Virus record (IMG/VR): IMGVR_UViG_2778261060_000013
Origin: an uncultured virus (IMG/VR IMGVR_UViG_2778261060_000013)
Lineage: Duplodnaviria > Heunggongvirae > Uroviricota > Caudoviricetes
Length of the DNA stretch: 64,000 nt
Direction: 5' to 3' (one strand)
Below, piece by piece: positions 59,122 to 64,000 of this stretch. The stretch's first letter is position 1. Each line of letters opens with the position of its first letter. The position numbers were made by a program, and so were the translations under genes. The notes below the pieces were generated by a model that saw only the letters and a program-made list of their open reading frames with translations, was not told where the DNA came from and searched no databases.

Positions 59122-62100
59122 GTGGCTACAGAAAAGTTACGGGCAGAATTAGAGATATTAACGGCAAAGGCTGAGAAGGATTTGGCAAGGGTTGACAGGT
59201 CCTTAGCTGGTGTCGAAAAAAGAGTTGCGTCTATAGGAGGTAAAGGGGGCAAGTCCCTTAAGCCTTTGGGCGAAGGTTTGTCGGCCGCGACTGTAAACGC
59301 CAATGAGTTTGAGAAGTCAATGGCAGCAGCGAATGCCCGTGTTATCGCGTTCGGTGCTTCTGCGGGATTAATTTTACAAGTCCAAAGAGCTTTAAAAGAA
59401 ACTGTTCGTGCTACTATAGAAGTAGAAAAATCTTTAACCGATATTAACGTAGTATTAAATACTAATACTAAAGGTCTGCAAAAATTTGGAGATAGTTTAT
59501 TTAAGATAGCTGGTCAGACTGGACAAGGATTTAAAACTGTAGCCGTAGCTGCAACAGAACTTGCTAGGCAAGGCTTGAGTATGGAGAAAACTCTTCTTCG
59601 TACTAAAGACGCTTTAATCTTAACAAGGCTGACTGGAATGGGAGCTGAAGAAGCTGTATCATCTCTAACTGCAGCAGTCAACTCTTTTAATAAAGCTGGT
59701 ATTACCTCTGCTCAGGTAGTTAATAAAATGGCAAAGGTCGATCAGGCTTTTGCTGTTAGTTCTGACGACTTAGCTAAAGCTATTTCTCGTGTTGGTTCGT
59801 CTGCTGTTGATGCAGGAGTTAGCATGGATGAACTTCTTGCTATTACTACCGCTGTGCAGCAGAGAACTGCTCGTGGTGGCGCTGTCATTGGTAACGCCTT
59901 CAAAACTATTTTTACTAGGATTGGCAGAACTGACGTTCAGAAAAAACTAGCTGGTATAGGAGTTGCAACGAGAGATATGCAAGGACAAATGCTCCCTGCT
60001 ACAAGAGTTTTGGAAAACTTGTCAACAAAATTTCAAGAGCTAAGTAAAAGTCAGCAAAACCAAATAGCAGAAAGCGTCGCTGGTGTTTTCCAAGTTAATA
60101 TTTTACGTGCGGCTTTGGGCGATCTTTCTAGTAAGTATGGCGTTTATAACAGAGCGCTAAAAGAATCTGCTAGCGCAACAAATGAAGCTTACTTAAAAAA
60201 CCAGCAGTTAAATCAAACACTTGATGCTTTAGTAAATAAAACTTTAGCTAATCTTACCAAAGCAGGAGCTGCGATAGGCGGCGCGACTTTGAAGCCTGCT
60301 ATTGAGAATGTTTTAGGTTTGGTTAATAGCGCTATAGGGGCTTTTGGGGAAGGAGGAAGATTCGAAGAGTTTGGTAAAGGAATAGGAAAAGATATAATGA
60401 AGGGCATCGGTAATTTTATAGCCGGTCCCGGATTAGTTGTGGTAACTGCAGGTATAGCCAAGTTAGCTTTTAGTTTCGCAAAATTTGCTGGAGATGCTTT
60501 AAAAGGATTTGCTGACATAGGTAGACAAGCTGCAAATAGAAAAGCTTTAGAAGCACAAATAACCGCAGAACTGCAAAGACAGCCAAATATAATAAGACAA
60601 ATAGAAAGAGGGGAGCTGTCTGCTGCTAACGCTGCTAAGGACATGCTAGCAGCGATGAAAGCTTCAAATCTAGAAGCTTCGAAACTTGCTGTAACTACTT
60701 CAAGAATATCTGCTAGTATGATGGGGATGGGTGCTCTTAGAAGACCCGGTCGAGCCCAAGGCTTTATTCCTAACTTCGCCGATCCGAATGCAGAAAGAGC
60801 TTCCGCCGCTATGGGCGGATATAAAGCTGGAGCTATTAAAACTATGAACATCCCGGGGCAAGGCTCCGTTATGTATAATAGCGCAGAAACTGTTAAGAGA
60901 TTCCCGGGTATGCAGCAGCCTGCTATTATGCCACCGCAAGGAAGCCGCGCTGGTTCTAATTATCAAAAAGCTTTCGGCGCTGCACACGGCTTTGATCCTT
61001 ACGCCGCTGGTGGATTTGTCCCTAACTTCAACAAGATGAGCGTAAAGCAACTTTTTGGATTAGATAGAAACGCTAAAATTAGAGATATAAATGTAAACGA
61101 ACAAAGGTCAAAGCAACTAGAAGATGCTGCGGCAGCAGGAAAATTAAGGTTCGATGATTATAGCGATAATCCAGCGATAGCAGCTGCTGTAACAAGAGGT
61201 AAATTAAGAGCTCAAGGCGCTAAAACAGAGCAAGTAGGTAAGAACTATACTCACAACGCAAGTTACCTAGGACTTTTAGGATTAGAAGGATCGCATCTGG
61301 GCACGAGCACAACATCTCTTGGTAAAATAGCTAGATTTGCTGATGCAGGGCTAGATCCTAGATTATTAAATAGAAAAGTTACCTTTACCAACATGCAAGC
61401 TAACTCTATAGATGAGATAACTAAAGGTAGCACTCAGGTAAATAAATCTAAATTTTCTGATCTCATTTCGGAAAAAATGACAACCCCGGTGTCTCAAATA
61501 GCGAATGAGATCTTTAAAAAAGGTTTAGGAGACGATCATAAAGTCGCAGTAGCTGATTTACAAAAACAATTTAAAGGAAATCACCAATTACTGCCTCCGG
61601 GCGCAGAAGGAAGTATATTTGAAGCGGCCGTTAACTTAGGGTTATTAACAACTAAAAAAAGTCCGAAGGCAAGATTAGATGCCTTTGACCAAAGCACTAA
61701 AGGAGCCCAAAAACCTTTTGACTTTGAAGAGTCAGGAAGAGCTAAACCTCCTTTTAGAGATATCTTTCACTTTGAGGATAACCTTCTCTACGCAGACGCT
61801 AAAAGAACTATAGATAATAAGAGCATGGGCACGCTAATTAAAAAGGCCTACAATCAAGGCGTACCCGGGCTGCCCGGATTAGAGCTACTCGAAGGGGGAG
61901 CAACTGTCGCAAAGGGCGCGAAAAAAGTTAAAGCTTTCGGCCATGTGCCAAACTTCTCTCCGTTAGGAGACGCCATCACAAGAGAAAGAGCGGCCGGTGT
62001 TCCTAGGTCTGCTATTAGAGTTGGCGCAAGCGCTTCATTGAAAAGTGCGGGTAATCCCGCCGGACTGGGAGTATACAATACTATAGACGAACCAGCAGGT

Positions 62101-64000
62101 TTACACCAAGGAATTAGCAGGTCTAGAAGAATGGGCGTAAATCCAAAAGCTCATGGAGTGCCTAATTTTGCTAAGCCCTTTATAGACATGCCAGCGGGTT
62201 ATGTGATGCCGGGAGCTTCTCCAGTCGCAGAATCTAGGACTCGAATAGAAGGCAGAGAAGGTCCTAAAAAAATAAATGAGGGTGGGACAAAGATAAAAAA
62301 AGCTGCTGACACGATGAAAGCAGCTACGGATAAGCTAACGGGCGCTGGAGGATTGATGGCTCTATCTAGTATAGGCTATATGGCAGCCCCTGCCTTACAG
62401 CGAGCTACTGGCATGGATCCGCGCATAATGGACACTGGAATGATGGCGTTAGGAGGTCTAGGCGCAGCTCAAATGTTCTTGGGTTCAGACGCTGAAGGAG
62501 ATAGTAAGAGAAGAGGAGCTAGAGAGTCTTTCTCTAGGTCAAGACGTGCCGCTCAGCTTAGAGCTACAAGAGCTGGGGCTACTGCTGGGAGAGGAGCAGG
62601 CGTCATGAGAGGGCTTAAGGCTGCTGGCGCCAGCATACTAGGCCTGCCTAAAGGAAAGGTCACTCCCGGAGGAGCTTTGAAAGGTTTAGCAAGGAGAGCG
62701 GCCTTGCCTGTAACCGCTTACGCCGCAACAGCGGCATATTTCAAAGGGGCAAATGAAAGTGAAGAAGAGAGAAACTTTAGATTAGCCCAAGAAGCTTTAA
62801 CGAAAGCTCAAGAGTCGGACTCTAGGCCTATTCTAGAACAATTAGGAGCAGGAGTAAGCCAGTTTTCTGGAGGGTTCCGAACTAGTTCTTCGAAAGTAAG
62901 GCAACAGCAGTTTGGTGATATTAGGAACATGGTTTATGGCAAAGGCGGGCTAATGGAAGGAGCGGACACGGAAACTTCTAATATCGTGGGAGAAGCTTTT
63001 TCTGAATTCACTAATTCCTTTACTAGAGGAGCGCTAGCTGTAGAGTCCGCAGGGGAAAAATTTAATAAAGCTATAGCTGACGTTGCCGATAACCTTAGCG
63101 ATAGGATGCGCGAGTTAGAGAATAGACAACTAATAACCGGTATACAGAAAGACTTCGCAGATCCTAAATTAGAGAGTAAGCCTATACCCGGGTTTACGCA
63201 GGTGCTAAAGCGCGGAAAATTCGTTGACGCAGGTCCAGACGGAGCTCCAGAAGGAGCTAGGACAAGAGAGTTTTTCTTCGAAGGAGCTGCTAACGTAAAA
63301 AGAAGAGGTAAGGATTTAGCAGAGCGGATTATGGGCATGGCCGCTTCCCCTGATGAAATATTTAGGAATATATTAGCAGCAGAACAACAACATGGCGGTA
63401 CATTAGAGCAAAATTTACAAAGAATAGATTTATTTGATGACCCAACTTATAAAAAAGTCGACCGAGGCGTTTTTGGCGGGCTTTTTGGCGCTGATCATAA
63501 AGCGGGCAGGGCGAATGATCCTAATCTAAAAGCAGGCAGATTTGGTTTGGCTATGCTAGGCATTAGCCCCAAAATACAGGATCAGTTAAATGTTATAGAT
63601 CCAGAAACTTTAAAAGCAGCAGAAGACGAGCTTCTTAAAATGTTCCAGAAGGGCGGTAGATTTGGACCCGGAGCTAACAGAGCTTTTAGGGCTGGCGGAG
63701 ACCTCAAGGGGGTTAGTGTAGCTGGAGTAGATACATTTATGGAAAGAAGTGACGCGATGAGTGCTTCTACAGCAATCCAAATAGAAAAGCGTCGCACTGC
63801 TATGCTTATAAGCGATTTAAAAATTAGCCAAAAAACTAATTTATTAAGGAGGCAACATCAGGACGCTTTAATTGCTAGCACTAGGGGTATTTATGCAGAG
63901 TCTGACATAAAACTTAGAGAAGCTAAATTACAGAATAAGATAGCACATGATATAGAAGCAGAAGATATAAAATCTAGAATAGAAATAGCTAAGCAGCAAC
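59122..64000 (+). CDS. Tape measure protein (partial, more than 1620 aa, runs off the window; missing from the ORF track)
   Basis: GTG start 14 nt after GTGTAA; VEKSLTDINVV, AATELARQG, VDQAFAVSSDDLA, RGGAVIGNAFKTIFTRI (TP901-type core); no stop in the segments I translated, and the track lists no closed ORF in this frame. Confidence 0.9.
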   Translation, partial: MATEKLRAELEILTAKAEKDLARVDRSLAGVEKRVASIGGKGGKSLKPLGEGLSAATVNANEFEKSMAAANARVIAFGASAGLILQVQRALKETVRATIEVEKSLTDINVVLNTNTKGLQKFGDSLFKIAGQTGQGFKTVAVAATELARQGLSMEKTLLRTKDALILTRLTGMGAEEAVSSLTAAVNSFNKAGITSAQVVNKMAKVDQAFAVSSDDLAKAISRVGSSAVDAGVSMDELLAITTAVQQRTARGGAVIGNAFKTIFTRIGRTDVQKKLAGIGVATRDMQGQMLPATRVLENLSTKFQELSKSQQNQIAESVAGVFQVNILRAALGDLSSKYGVYNRALKESASATNEAYLKNQQLNQTLDALVNKTLANLTKAGAAIGGATLKPAIENVLGLVNSAIGAFGEGGRFEEFGKGIGKDIMKGIGNFIAGPGLVVVTAGIAKLAFSFAKFAGDALKGFADIGRQAANRKALEAQITAELQRQPNIIRQIERGELSAANAAKDMLAAMKASNLEASKLAVTTSRISASMMGMGALRRPGRAQGFIPNFADPNAERASAAMGGYKAGAIKTMNIPGQGSVMYNSAETVKRFPGMQQPAIMPPQGSRAGSNYQKAFGAAHGFDPYAAGGFVPNFNKMSVKQLFGLDRNAKIRDINVNEQRSKQLEDAAAAGKLRFDDYSDNPAIAAAVTRGKLRAQGAKTEQVGKNYTHNASYLGLLGLEGSHLGTSTTSLGKIARFADAGLDPRLLNRKVTFTNMQANSIDEITKGSTQVNKSKFSDLISEKMTTPVSQIANEIFKKGLGDDHKVAVADLQKQFKGNHQLLPPGAEGSIFEAAVNLGLLTTKKSPKARLDAFDQSTKGAQKPFDFEESGRAKPPFRDIFHFEDNLLYADAKRTIDNKSMGTLIKKAYNQGVPGLPGLELLEGGATVAKGAKKVKAFGHVPNFSPLGDAITRERAAGVPRSAIRVGASASLKSAGNPAGLGVYNTIDEPAGLHQGISRSRRMGVNPKAHGVPNFAKPFIDMPAGYVMPGASPVAESRTRIEGREGPKKINEGGTKIKKAADTMKAATDKLTGAGGLMALSSIGYMAAPALQRATGMDPRIMDTGMMALGGLGAAQMFLGSDAEGDSKRRGARESFSRSRRAAQLRATRAGATAGRGAGVMRGLKAAGASILGLPKGKVTPGGALKGLARRAALPVTAYAATAAYFKGANESEEERNFRLAQEALTKAQESDSRPILEQLGAGVSQFSGGFRTSSSKVRQQQFGDIRNMVYGKGGLMEGADTETSNIVGEAFSEFTNSFTRGALAVESAGEKFNKAIADVADNLSDRMRELENRQLITGIQKDFADPKLESKPIPGFTQVLKRGKFVDAGPDGAPEGARTREFFFEGAANVKRRGKDLAERIMGMAASPDEIFRNILAAEQQHGGTLEQNLQRIDLFDDPTYKKVDRGVFGGLFGADHKAGRANDPNLKAGRFGLAMLGISPKIQDQLNVIDPETLKAAEDELLKMFQKGGRFGPGANRAFRAGGDLKGVSVAGVDTFMERSDAMSASTAIQIEKRRTAMLISDLKISQKTNLLRRQHQDALIASTRGIYAESDIKLREAKLQNKIAHDIEAEDIKSRIEIAKQQ

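Noticed and set aside
59115..63797. Minus-strand ORFs listed at the window end
   Set aside because: They are antisense to the tape measure gene, which the track omits because it has no stop in the window
1..64000. Stop-codon reassignment, tRNA/rRNA genes, integrase or transposase
   Set aside because: Genes are full length and densely packed in the standard code; no such elements recognised by eye

Overview
This window is part of the genome of a large tailed dsDNA bacteriophage (Caudoviricetes) read in the standard code. The host is diderm (spanin pair, lipoproteins), and PVC/Verrucomicrobia is plausible but unproven. Bases 1-10 kb are an accessory region: HMA protein, a sigma54-promoter moron, a nucleosidase, an ankyrin-class III cyclase, a mini-MscS and PhoH. 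Bases 10-27 kb hold a phage sigma factor, ERCC4 nuclease, terminase, portal, a tail-tube paralogue, a holin/spanin cassette, protease/scaffold, decoration protein and major capsid protein. Bases 27.5-53 kb are a ~25 kb modular fibre/adhesin locus with collagen-like scaffolds and seven paralogous LamG cassette genes. Bases 53-64 kb encode neck proteins, tail tube, chaperones and a tape measure protein that runs off the window end. The strongest unexplained signals are: (i) a GTGTAA motif mostly 14-21 nt before about 20 start codons on both strands, together with a Cys-insert ECF-like sigma factor; (ii) a shuffled LamG cassette array with a possible plug-and-socket branched fibre; (iii) a nuclease-like cargo bracketed by PNF modules inside the tape measure protein; (iv) an ankyrin-nucleotide cyclase. 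All calls come from motif reading by eye. No database search was run.
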